The notes below the pieces were generated by a model, which made no database searches, was not told the origin of the DNA, and saw only the letters and a program-made list of their open reading frames with translations. Below, piece after piece: positions 17,698 to 26,570 of a DNA stretch of 64,000 nt. Location: NCBI GenBank assembly GCA_017435525.1, contig JAFSEW010000055.1:6722-70721 (forward strand), in the 5' to 3' direction. The translations under genes and the position numbers were made by a program. The stretch comes from Oscillospiraceae bacterium. GTDB lineage: Bacteria > Bacillota > Clostridia > Oscillospirales > Oscillospiraceae. The stretch's first letter is position 1; each line of letters begins with the position of its first letter.

Positions 17698-19560
17698 TTA
17701 CACATGCTTGACAAACAGCGCGCGGATGGCATTGAGCACTGCCAGCACCATCACGCCCACATCGGCGAAGATGGCCAGCCACATGCCCGTAATGCCCAAC
17801 GCCGTCAGCACCAGGCACAGCAGCTTGATGCCGATGGCGAATACTGTGTTCTGATACACAATGCCGATGCATTTTCTCGCAATGCGGATAGCCTTGGCAA
17901 TTTTTCGGGGATCGTCGTCCATCAGCACCACATCCGCCGATTCAATGGCGGCATCCGAGCCCAGAGCGCCCATGGCAATGCCGATATCCGCCCGGGACAG
18001 CACCGGGGCATCGTTGATGCCGTCGCCCACAAAGGCCAGAGTTCCCCGACCGGACTTTCCTTCCAGCAGGGCTTCCAGATGCTCCACCTTCTGCCCGGGC
18101 AGCAACGACGCGTGAAATTCCGTAATGCCCAGCTGGGAGGCAATGGCGGAAGCAGCGGCTGCATTGTCGCCGGTGAGCATCACGGTGCGGCGGATACCGG
18201 CATTTTTCAGGGCAGCCATGGCATCTCGCGCCGCAGGTTTCAAGGCATCGCTGATGGAAATGGCACCGGCATACTTCCCATCCACAGCCACATGCACCGT
18301 GGTGCCCATGGCATCGTCCGCCGGGGCTTCCAGGCCGAAGCGTGCCATGAGCCGCCGGTTGCCCACAGCGACGGCCACGCCGTCCACCATTGCGGTGACG
18401 CCCTCACCGCTGATCTCCTGAATGTCACATACCCGGCTCCGGTCAGCCACGCCGCCCCAGGCAGCCATCAGGCTCTTGCTGATGGGATGGGAGGATGCGA
18501 TCTCCGCCAGGGCAGCGTATTGAAGAATTTTATCTTCTTCCATGGCGGCGTGACGGATGCCGCTGACCTGGAATACACCTTGGGTCAATGTGCCGGTCTT
18601 GTCAAACACAACGGTGTCCACCTTGGCCAAAGCTTCCAGATAGTTGGAGCCTTTGATCAGGATGCCTGCATTGCTTGCACCTCCCAAGCCCCCGAAGAAG
18701 GCCATGGGAATGCTGATTACCAACGCGCAGGGGCAGCTGACCACCAAAAACGACAGCGCCCGGTACAGCCACAGGCTCCAGTTTCCCCAAATCAGCGGCG
18801 GGATCACCGCCAGGGTCAGGGCGCTGAGACACACAGCCGGGGTATAGATGGCGGCAAACCGGGAAATGAAAGCTTCGCTCCGGGATTTCCGGGAGCTGGC
18901 GTTTTCCACCAGATCCAGGATCTTCGCCACGGTGGATTCCCCGAATTCCTTAGTGGTGCGGATACGCAGCGCGCCGGAAAGGTTGATGCAGCCGCTGATC
19001 ACGGCGTCTCCCGGGGCAACATCTCTGGGGATGCTCTCGCCGGTGAGGGCCACGGTGTTCAGGCTGGAGCTGCCGGAAAGCACAATGCCGTCGATGGGCA
19101 CTTTTTCTCCGGGACGCACCTCCAGAACGCTGCCGATTTCCACTTCCTCCGGGTCAACGGTTTCCAGATCGTCCCCAACTATCCGATTGGCATAATCCGG
19201 CCGGATGTCCATAAGCTGCGCGATACTCCGGCGGCTCTTGCCCACGGCATAGCTCTGGAACAGCTCGCCGGTCTGATAAAAGAGCATTACGGCGATGGCC
19301 TCGGTATAGTCGCCGTTGCCGGTGACAGCCAGCACCAGCGCGCCGATGGTAGCCACAGCCATAAGGAAATTCTCGTCGAATACCTGCTTGTTTTTGATAC
19401 CCAGGGCAGCACGCCAAAGAATGTCCCAGCCCACCACCAGATAGGGGAGCATGTACGCGGCGAAGCGCACCCAGCCCTGAATGGGCAGGAAGCCCAAAAG
19501 GATCATCAGCGCTGCGGAAACCAGAATCCGCAGCAGCATCTTCTTCTGCCTTCTGGTCAT
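17698..19560 (-). CDS. cadA: Heavy-metal (Zn/Cd) P1B-type ATPase
   Basis: TGES, SCPCAL, DKTGTLT, SSHP, GDGINDAP; start MTRRQKK overlaps upstream stop. Confidence 0.93.
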   Translation of the reverse strand: MTRRQKKMLLRILVSAALMILLGFLPIQGWVRFAAYMLPYLVVGWDILWRAALGIKNKQVFDENFLMAVATIGALVLAVTGNGDYTEAIAVMLFYQTGELFQSYAVGKSRRSIAQLMDIRPDYANRIVGDDLETVDPEEVEIGSVLEVRPGEKVPIDGIVLSGSSSLNTVALTGESIPRDVAPGDAVISGCINLSGALRIRTTKEFGESTVAKILDLVENASSRKSRSEAFISRFAAIYTPAVCLSALTLAVIPPLIWGNWSLWLYRALSFLVVSCPCALVISIPMAFFGGLGGASNAGILIKGSNYLEALAKVDTVVFDKTGTLTQGVFQVSGIRHAAMEEDKILQYAALAEIASSHPISKSLMAAWGGVADRSRVCDIQEISGEGVTAMVDGVAVAVGNRRLMARFGLEAPADDAMGTTVHVAVDGKYAGAISISDALKPAARDAMAALKNAGIRRTVMLTGDNAAAASAIASQLGITEFHASLLPGQKVEHLEALLEGKSGRGTLAFVGDGINDAPVLSRADIGIAMGALGSDAAIESADVVLMDDDPRKIAKAIRIARKCIGIVYQNTVFAIGIKLLCLVLTALGITGMWLAIFADVGVMVLAVLNAIRALFVKHV

Positions 19561-19775
19561 AGATAGATCTCGCAATCGTGGGAAGCCTTGCGGCAGTTCT
19601 TGGCCACCTGCTGCATCACGGCGACCATGTCCTGCCCTTCTTCGAATTCCACAATCAGCTTCTGCAGCATGAAATTCACCACGGCGCTCTTGACGCCGGG
19701 GGTCTTGGCTGCAGCAGCTTCCATTTTGTTGGCGCAGTTTGCGCAATCCACTTCAATGCGGTAAGTCTTTTTCAT
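19557..19775 (-). CDS. Small heavy-metal-associated (HMA) domain protein
   Basis: DCANCA motif, 72 aa, AAAGGAG RBS. Confidence 0.88.
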   Translation of the reverse strand: MKKTYRIEVDCANCANKMEAAAAKTPGVKSAVVNFMLQKLIVEFEEGQDMVAVMQQVAKNCRKASHDCEIYL

Positions 19776-19793
19776 AGGGATATCTCCTTTACG

Positions 19794-19851
19794 ATTAAAC
19801 GATCGTTTAATTGATAACGCTATTATATGCGCCCCACCCGGCTGCTGTCAA
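19794..19851 (-). promoter_or_regulatory. Promoter and ArsR/SmtB-type operator
   Basis: TTGACA-18-TATAAT followed by perfect palindrome ATTAAACGATCGTTTAAT (19794-19811). Confidence 0.75.
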
Positions 19852-19910
19852 GAAAAAACTTTTCTTTTTGCCGCCGGTGTGGTATAAAAAAGAAAAAGGA
19901 GGGGAGCCCC

Positions 19911-20270
19911 ATGATTTTGCCCCACGATCACGGAAACACAATGGAAAAACTGCTGCACCACATGCCCGCAGCGGAGGATATTCAGGAATTGGCAGAGGTA
20001 TTCCGGCAGCTCAGCGACGGCTCGCGGCTGCGGATCTTCTGGATTCTCTGCCACGGGGAAGTGTGCGTGGCCAATCTCTCTGCCATGGTGGGCATGAGCA
20101 GCCCGGCGGTGAGCCACCACCTGCGGATTTTAAAGGACGCGGGGCTCATCACCAGCCACCGGGAAGGCAAGGAAGTCTGCTACCGTGCCGCGGAAGGCCC
20201 CAAGACCAAGCTGCTCCACGAAGCCCTGGAAGCCCTCATGACCATCCAGTGCCCCATGGAAGAAACATAA
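19911..20270 (+). CDS. ArsR/SmtB family metal-responsive repressor
   Basis: FRQLSDGSRLRI, CVANLS, SPAVSHHLRILK, REGKEV; divergent from ATPase. Confidence 0.9.
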   Translation: MILPHDHGNTMEKLLHHMPAAEDIQELAEVFRQLSDGSRLRIFWILCHGEVCVANLSAMVGMSSPAVSHHLRILKDAGLITSHREGKEVCYRAAEGPKTKLLHEALEALMTIQCPMEET

Positions 20271-20275
20271 AGATA

Positions 20276-20386
20276 CGGATTCTTCGGCGCGCCTGCGGCT
20301 TGCTCAGAATGACCGGTTAAATGGTGAAAGCTTTCAGGTTTTCTCTGTCATCCTGAGCAGAGCGAAGCGAAGTCGAAGGATCCGTA
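20276..20386. repeat. Family A REP-like inverted doublet
   Basis: GGATTCTTCGG..CTCAGAATGAC and GTCATCCTGAGC..GAAGGATCC. Confidence 0.8.
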
Positions 20387-20400
20387 CCCCCATCACGCGC

Positions 20401-20437
20401 AAGCGCCTGCTGCACATGCAGCAGGCGCTCGTTTTGT
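20401..20437. terminator. Hairpin terminator (second copy near 24253)
   Basis: AGCGCCTGCTGCACATGCAGCAGGCGCT plus T-rich tail. Confidence 0.7.
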
Positions 20438-21532
20438 TTACATGACAGGGTCAGACCATTCGGCTTCGCCGGAACTTCCGCCGCCGGAAGACCATTTCTC
20501 AGCTTTTACCAGTTCCTTGGCAACGCAGCAATAGGTATCCCCGGCTTGCACCAGATAGCAGTTGTCCAAATCCTGCAGCACGGTCACCTGGGTGTTTGCG
20601 GAGAAAGTCGTAACAGGCTCGCCGTAGAGATAGTAGCTGGCATAAGCTTCTGTACCGGATTTGGTATAGCCTTCCCATGGGGAGTAAGGCTGGGCATCCT
20701 TCTGCGCCACCAGATGCTGCCGGACATAGCCGCAGAAGCCATCCAGATACACCGCATGCCAGCCTTCCTTCTGCGCAGCAAAGTCGTCTTCCGCAATGAT
20801 CTGTACGGTGTCATTACGGTCAAACCAACCCAGAAGGATCTCCGCGCCGTCGCACAGTACGGCAGCGCTGCCGGTGACTTCTCCGGCCTGGGGCGCCAAT
20901 ACGCTTAAGGGAACGATGCTGCCGTGATAGCCCAGAGAAATATCACCGCCGTCGGAGCCGCCGGAACTGCCGGAGCTGCTTTTGATATAGGTTTTGCTGA
21001 TGCTGCTCAGGGCCAGATAGCCCATCTCATCCCCCACTTTTACAAGGCAGGTATCGCCCAGCTGCTCCAGAACCTGCAGCTCGGTGTTTTTGGAAAGGCT
21101 ACGGCTGTTAGCGGGAAACAGGTGATAGTTGTCGCAGAAAAGCGCGCCGGATTTTGCGTAACCGTCCCAGGCTTCGTATTCCGCTTCCCCATCAGGCCGC
21201 ACCAGACGCTTTTCCAGAAGCCCGTAGCCGCTGCTCAGCTTCACGATGTAGTAGTTGGCATCCAGTTCTCCTGCGATTTCCACCGTATCGCCCCGGTTTG
21301 CCGTGGCGATGACCAGCGCAACAGAATCGGTCAAGGCAGTGGCTTCGATGGTTTCCGGCACAGGGGGCTCCGTTTCAGGGGGTTCCGTGGGCGCGGTGGT
21401 GGGAGCGGTTGTCACAGGGGGCTCAGTAGTGGGTGCTACTGTGGGCGGTGCGGTGGTTTCCGGCGGCATCTGGGTGACGCAGCCTGTGAGCAGAAGCGCC
21501 AGGCACAGCAAAAAAGCTATTTTATGTTTCAT
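20438..21532 (-). CDS. Lipoprotein with tandem SH3-like domains
   Basis: LLLTGC lipobox, Pro/Thr linker, internally duplicated halves each ending in a Gly/Ser stretch. Confidence 0.7.
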   Translation of the reverse strand: MKHKIAFLLCLALLLTGCVTQMPPETTAPPTVAPTTEPPVTTAPTTAPTEPPETEPPVPETIEATALTDSVALVIATANRGDTVEIAGELDANYYIVKLSSGYGLLEKRLVRPDGEAEYEAWDGYAKSGALFCDNYHLFPANSRSLSKNTELQVLEQLGDTCLVKVGDEMGYLALSSISKTYIKSSSGSSGGSDGGDISLGYHGSIVPLSVLAPQAGEVTGSAAVLCDGAEILLGWFDRNDTVQIIAEDDFAAQKEGWHAVYLDGFCGYVRQHLVAQKDAQPYSPWEGYTKSGTEAYASYYLYGEPVTTFSANTQVTVLQDLDNCYLVQAGDTYCCVAKELVKAEKWSSGGGSSGEAEWSDPVM

Positions 21533-24123
21533 GATGTTTTCCCCTTATACTCGGCATCATACTGATCGCCATACACATAGTGGATAATGTCCCAAACATA
21601 TTCATAGGCGGCAGTACCCGGCTGAAATGCGGCGCGGTTCTGATAGGCAATATAGCCGATGCTGCGGTAAATAATGCCGCCGTAGATGGTTGTCTGCCGG
21701 CCGTTCTGATCCTCGATAATCATGTAAGGCCGCATGGCAAGATCGTCTTTGCACTGTTCGTTGGTAAAGCCTACAAGCACATTGGTGTAATATATGTTCT
21801 GGGCATCGCGCTTATAGATGGGGTCTGCCACATCCTTTTTGTAGGCATAGTTGGATTTTACATAGGGCTGCCCCAGGGTCAGGGGATTTCCCCCTTCCAG
21901 ATCGCTTGCCCAGGCCAGAAGGGTGCCGTATTCCACCAGCTTCAGGACGCGGCTGCCAACCTGGTAGCCCTGGCGGGTGAGCAATTTCCGGGTTTGCTCA
22001 TGGACGCCGCTAATCATGCGGATACCCTTCACGCCCTTGATGCGGATGGAGCAGCCGGCATAGCGTAGGGTGCTGTAGTGGAACATATTAAATACATCGG
22101 CTGCGTAATACTGGCCAAAGTCTTCGGTCCACTCAATCAGCCAGGTATGCATGACGGAAGGATATTGGGTATGCACATCCTCCGATTCCGCATTGTGATA
22201 TTTGAATACACTCAAACTGGTGCCATTGGGATGGGGAATCGCGATATAGCGGTAGATTTCCTGCTGAATCGGATACTCCACACCGTCTACCCACGCGGTT
22301 TGCGCATAGTCGGGGGTGTTGCTGGGCATCCGGAGGCGGTACTTACCCTCCGTATGGCCGCAGACGGTGCAGCTGTGGATGCCCTCCTGGTCGGTATCCG
22401 CCCAGCTGTGTCCGGTAGGCAGGACGAAGGCGTCTTCGGAATAATCGCAGCGGCTGCAATAGCGGGTCTCGATGCCGTCCTCTACGCAGGTAGGTGCCTT
22501 GGTCAGCACGGCTTCCCCCAGGTCATGGCCCAGAACGCTGCCGATGTTGGCGATTTCATAGTAGTAGCCGCAGAGATGGCAGCTGTAGGTGGCGGCACCG
22601 TTTTCGGTGCAGGTGGGTTCCTTGCCTTCCACGGTATATTCGTGGGTGTGGGGTACCCAGGTGAGGTTGCCGCCGTACTGCTGCATGATCTCCTCAGTCC
22701 AGCCGGGGCTGTCAGGGTCATAATATACGGTAGCGGTTACATTCTCAAAGGCATCTGCGGCAATGGTATTGGGTGATTGCCTGGGGAAATAAATTTCCGT
22801 GGCGCTGCAGTTGCGGAAGGTGCCGGATTCGATGTGATTGATAAATGTCAAATAGATCTTTGTCAGGCCCTGGCAATTGGCAAAGGCTTCCGGTGCAAGC
22901 TCTTCCAGGTCATAGGGAACCCGGTATTCTCCCTGCATACCCTTGGGAAAACCGTAAATCAGGCAATCGGAACCGTTCCGGTAGTGGATCAGCGCGCCGT
23001 AGGGGTCTACGGAGTAATTGATGTTGGGGTCTACGGTAAAGCAGGTCATGCTGTAGCTATCGGCAAAGGTGTCGTAAGCCACATCCACATCCTTGGGAAT
23101 ATGGAAGGTTTCCAGTGCAGTCCCTGCAAAGGTTCTGCTGCCCAGAAAGAGGGTGGCATTGTCAGGCACCGGAAGGGCAGAAACTTTGCGCAGAGAGGTG
23201 CAGCCTTCAAATGCGCTGTCTCCAATATAGAACCGGTCTGCACCGATGCAGGAATATTGGCTGGGGAAGACCACCTCTTCCAGCTTGGGATAGCCAGAGA
23301 ATGCATAGTCGCCAATATTGCGCATACCGTCCCGGATCACAACTTTTTTGATCTGATCCCGGTATTGCTGCCAGGGGGCGGGAGTGCTGTCGGTAAACAT
23401 GGGAATGTCCGAATATCCCGTGATGGTCAGGGTACCATCCTGCTGCAGATACCAGAGGCTGGGGTAGCCGGGTGTAACGCCGCCCCAATCCACCCAGTCT
23501 GCCGATGCAGCGGTCTGCTCAGGTCCCAGATGAATGTAGCTGCCGTCGTAATCCATCAGCGGCACATGGAACGACGCAGGATAATCAGGGGTATACTCGG
23601 CCACGGTACCGTCCGCCAGGGGAACATACACGGTGAATTCCGTGATCCGGAAATCAAAGGCCTTTTCCTCCAAAGTAAAGGGAGATCTGAGGAAGTACAG
23701 ATCGGCCAGACTCTGCTGCAGGAAGGAAATGGGTGTATCAGAAGATCCGGTAACCGTGCCAATGCAGATCTGGGAGTCCCGATTGCTGTCCGCTTCGGCA
23801 TGATCATAGCGATTTCTGGGGGTGGAGTCTATGGCGTTGAAGCCTGCCAGATCCCGGTCATACTCGAATACCAGTTTGATACCGCTGATGGGATAATTGT
23901 ATTCGGTAGGGAAAACCTGCAAAACCCATTTGGGGTCCGCGCTATAGAAGTCTATTATGTGGCACTCGATGGCTGCCTTCATGTGGAAATCGTCAATGCT
24001 TTCCGGCAGGCTGACGGCGGTTTCCTGGGCTGAGGCCGCAGGGGGCATCGCACCGACGCACAGAATCAGCGCCAGAAGCAGACAAAGCAGGCGTTTAACA
24101 GGTATTGTGTTCATACAAGACAT
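21529..24123 (-). CDS. Secreted BspA-type leucine-rich-repeat surface protein with Cys/His repeats
   Basis: Signal peptide, IGDYAFSG/IGDSAFEGCTSL repeats, PTCxExG...CxxC repeats; start could be 24114. Confidence 0.8.
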   Translation of the reverse strand: MSCMNTIPVKRLLCLLLALILCVGAMPPAASAQETAVSLPESIDDFHMKAAIECHIIDFYSADPKWVLQVFPTEYNYPISGIKLVFEYDRDLAGFNAIDSTPRNRYDHAEADSNRDSQICIGTVTGSSDTPISFLQQSLADLYFLRSPFTLEEKAFDFRITEFTVYVPLADGTVAEYTPDYPASFHVPLMDYDGSYIHLGPEQTAASADWVDWGGVTPGYPSLWYLQQDGTLTITGYSDIPMFTDSTPAPWQQYRDQIKKVVIRDGMRNIGDYAFSGYPKLEEVVFPSQYSCIGADRFYIGDSAFEGCTSLRKVSALPVPDNATLFLGSRTFAGTALETFHIPKDVDVAYDTFADSYSMTCFTVDPNINYSVDPYGALIHYRNGSDCLIYGFPKGMQGEYRVPYDLEELAPEAFANCQGLTKIYLTFINHIESGTFRNCSATEIYFPRQSPNTIAADAFENVTATVYYDPDSPGWTEEIMQQYGGNLTWVPHTHEYTVEGKEPTCTENGAATYSCHLCGYYYEIANIGSVLGHDLGEAVLTKAPTCVEDGIETRYCSRCDYSEDAFVLPTGHSWADTDQEGIHSCTVCGHTEGKYRLRMPSNTPDYAQTAWVDGVEYPIQQEIYRYIAIPHPNGTSLSVFKYHNAESEDVHTQYPSVMHTWLIEWTEDFGQYYAADVFNMFHYSTLRYAGCSIRIKGVKGIRMISGVHEQTRKLLTRQGYQVGSRVLKLVEYGTLLAWASDLEGGNPLTLGQPYVKSNYAYKKDVADPIYKRDAQNIYYTNVLVGFTNEQCKDDLAMRPYMIIEDQNGRQTTIYGGIIYRSIGYIAYQNRAAFQPGTAAYEYVWDIIHYVYGDQYDAEYKGKTS

Positions 24124-24246
24124 CCCTCTTTTCTATGTATTATTTTACCAATTTCGGTATAGCCATGATACCAAATAGCCCCCCAAAAAACAATAGAGCC
24201 CGGAGATCCTTATCCGGTTCTTTCCCGATGCAGAGCGCTTGCACCC

Positions 24247-24288
24247 AGAAAACGAGCGCCTGCTGCACATGCAGCAGGCGCTTGTTTT
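24247..24288. terminator. Hairpin terminator, stem identical to 20401
   Basis: GAGCGCCTGCTGCACATGCAGCAGGCGCTT with A/T flanks. Confidence 0.7.
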
Positions 24289-25658
24289 TACAGCAGGGGG
24301 ATCTTCGCGTATTCGCAATATGTTTCAATAGCTTCCTTCTGGGTGCCGTAAAGACCGCCCAGGCTGCTGAGCTCCTCCCGGAGGGCAGCGTATTGGGCAT
24401 CCACCATCTGGGAAGCTTCCTTGGCTGCCTCGTCCATCAGGTGATTCAGCCGGGCAAAGGCTTCTTCCTGTTTGCCTTCTGCCAGCAGCTTTTTGGCCAC
24501 AGCCTCTTCCTGGGCTGCCCAGGCACTCAGCCGGATATCCAGCATGGCGCAGGCCTTCTGCACGCTGGGCGCGAACCGGGCTTCATCCGAAGAAACCAGC
24601 AGAATCAGCCGCTTGACCTTCCACCACAGGGTATCTTCATCAAAATACTTTCCCGGTGCGGAAAGGGTTGCGGGCAGATACCCGGTGAAATACACCGGCA
24701 GGTATACGCTCATGCAGGGCTGACAGGGGCACCAGGCAGCGATGACACCCAGCTCATCATCCCACCGGGCCAGCAGCGATGCGGTAGTCTCGCTTTCACC
24801 CCAGGAAATGGGGTGCATGCAGATGCTGTAGAAATTGCCGGTGCAGGCATCAAACCGGGGCTGGGTGATCTCCCCTTCGAAATGATCCCGCAGGATGTTG
24901 GACAGGGAGAGAAAATCATGCCGTTCCTGCTGGTGCAGCAGCTTATTCAGCCGCCGCATCCGGGGGATGGCCAGAGTCTGCCGGATGGCCGGGAGGGTGT
25001 AGCTGCGAGCAAAATGGAAAGGCGCGTCCGGGGCAAGCCAGTGCTTTTCCCGTGCCAGAGCTTCCAGACCTGCCGATGCCATATCGTAATCCTGCCCCAG
25101 GCAGTAGCAGTTGGAGATGCCCAGCTTGTCGGGGATCTGAGCAGCCACCCACTGGCGTCCGGCGGTTTCCAGCAGCCAGATTTCCTGCGGGTCAACCAGC
25201 AGATAGGAATTTTCGTAGCGGCGATCCCGGAGGGCGCTGGCGTTGGCATTCTGACCGTAGCGCTCCAGAAGTTCCGTGATGACGGCAATGCCCTCTTTGG
25301 CAGTGGCGGCCCGCTCCAGGGCAAGGCGCAGCAGATCCAATCCCAGCAGGCCGGTTTCTTCCTCGGCGGCATTTCTGGAGCCCTGGGCTTCGTTGCCGAT
25401 CATCAGACCCTTTTCGTTGCAGCCCATTTCAAAGCCCCAGGTCCAGTAGGGCTGAGAGCCGATCATGGCGTAGGTGTGTGCGGCCTGGGGGATCTCCAGA
25501 TCAGTGCAGCGCACCGTTTCCCCGGGTGCATAGTCCGCAGCCGGGAAAAACACCAGCTTCTGGGCTTCCGCCGTGGGGCGGTCGCTGTTCTTGGCCAGCA
25601 TGTTCTGGCTGTATCGGCTGAACTTGGCGGCCACAGCCATGGTATCACAGGAAAGCAT
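24288..25658 (-). CDS. C69 family dipeptidase/secernin-like Ntn hydrolase
   Basis: SCDT N-terminal nucleophile, AKNSDRP, WGFEMGCNEKG, ICMH. Confidence 0.9.
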   Translation of the reverse strand: MLSCDTMAVAAKFSRYSQNMLAKNSDRPTAEAQKLVFFPAADYAPGETVRCTDLEIPQAAHTYAMIGSQPYWTWGFEMGCNEKGLMIGNEAQGSRNAAEEETGLLGLDLLRLALERAATAKEGIAVITELLERYGQNANASALRDRRYENSYLLVDPQEIWLLETAGRQWVAAQIPDKLGISNCYCLGQDYDMASAGLEALAREKHWLAPDAPFHFARSYTLPAIRQTLAIPRMRRLNKLLHQQERHDFLSLSNILRDHFEGEITQPRFDACTGNFYSICMHPISWGESETTASLLARWDDELGVIAAWCPCQPCMSVYLPVYFTGYLPATLSAPGKYFDEDTLWWKVKRLILLVSSDEARFAPSVQKACAMLDIRLSAWAAQEEAVAKKLLAEGKQEEAFARLNHLMDEAAKEASQMVDAQYAALREELSSLGGLYGTQKEAIETYCEYAKIPLL

Positions 25659-25673
25659 GCTCGTTCCTCCTTA

Positions 25674-26513
25674 TCAAACCAGGCCGTCTTTGAAGGCCTT
25701 CATCATGGTGCCGGTGAGACTGATGGTGGCATTGTCCGGGATGTCCGCCCGGTGGAACCACTCCGCTACCGAAAGCTCGTTTTCGTCCAATGTGATGTGC
25801 TTGTCTCCGTCCACATCGCAGAAGAAGCCCGCCAGCAGCGCCCCGGAGAAGGACCAGGGCTGGCTGGCGTAATAGCGGATATTTTTCACTTTCAGCCCCA
25901 CTTCTTCCCAAACTTCCCGGCGCACCGTATCCTCGAAGCTTTCGCCGATCTCGGTGTAACCGGCCACCAGAGCATAGCGCCGGTGGGGGCTGTGATTGGG
26001 GGCGTACTTGGTCAGCAGCAGCTTGTCGCCGTCTGTCACGCCCACAATGACGCTGGGGCAGATCTGGGGATACTGCACCCGACCGCACTGCGGGCAAGTC
26101 ATGGCCCGCTCATTGCCCGCAGGCTGCAGCTTGGCTCCGCAGCGGCCGCAGAATTTGGAAACGGAGTACCAATCGTGAATCTGAAAGCCTGTAATTCCGG
26201 CGAACACCAGCCAGCCGGGGCTTAAAGGCCGCAGATCATTGCGAGTGATATAGTCCCAGCCGTCAAAGGGATCGATCTCCGGGCTGCGCAGCTCGTAGTA
26301 GTCGTGATCGTCGATGCGGAAAAGGAATTTTGCCTTCTCATATACCTGGGGAAACACCGCGGCGACCTGCTCCACTGTGGGGTAGGAAACGGTTTCCCCC
26401 GCCACACGGCACAGCAGGCCGGGGCCCCGGTAGATGAGCATAATATCGTCGGATTCCGGGCTTAACTGGCGGTAAGTAATGTCGTATTGATGGGGCGCAA
26501 TGTCCTGAATCAT
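25674..26513 (-). CDS. nudC: NAD(H) diphosphatase
   Basis: FCGRCG..CPQCG zinc ribbon, Nudix box AGYTEIGESFEDTVRREVWEEVGL, SQPW. Confidence 0.93.
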   Translation of the reverse strand: MIQDIAPHQYDITYRQLSPESDDIMLIYRGPGLLCRVAGETVSYPTVEQVAAVFPQVYEKAKFLFRIDDHDYYELRSPEIDPFDGWDYITRNDLRPLSPGWLVFAGITGFQIHDWYSVSKFCGRCGAKLQPAGNERAMTCPQCGRVQYPQICPSVIVGVTDGDKLLLTKYAPNHSPHRRYALVAGYTEIGESFEDTVRREVWEEVGLKVKNIRYYASQPWSFSGALLAGFFCDVDGDKHITLDENELSVAEWFHRADIPDNATISLTGTMMKAFKDGLV

Positions 26514-26570
26514 GGCATCAGCCTTCTTTCTTGCAGATACGGCTATGATAGCACAGATTTCCCCCGATGT

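Noticed and set aside
17698-19746. 682-aa version of the P-type ATPase
   Set aside because: The extension overlaps the HMA gene in another frame; the coupled start at 19560 fits better.
24105-26225. Long antisense ORFs (also 1465..2928, 14449..16455, 37164..40001, 43687..46422, 58670..60595)
   Set aside because: They mirror well-supported genes on the opposite strand, as expected from GC-rich codon bias, and have no motifs.
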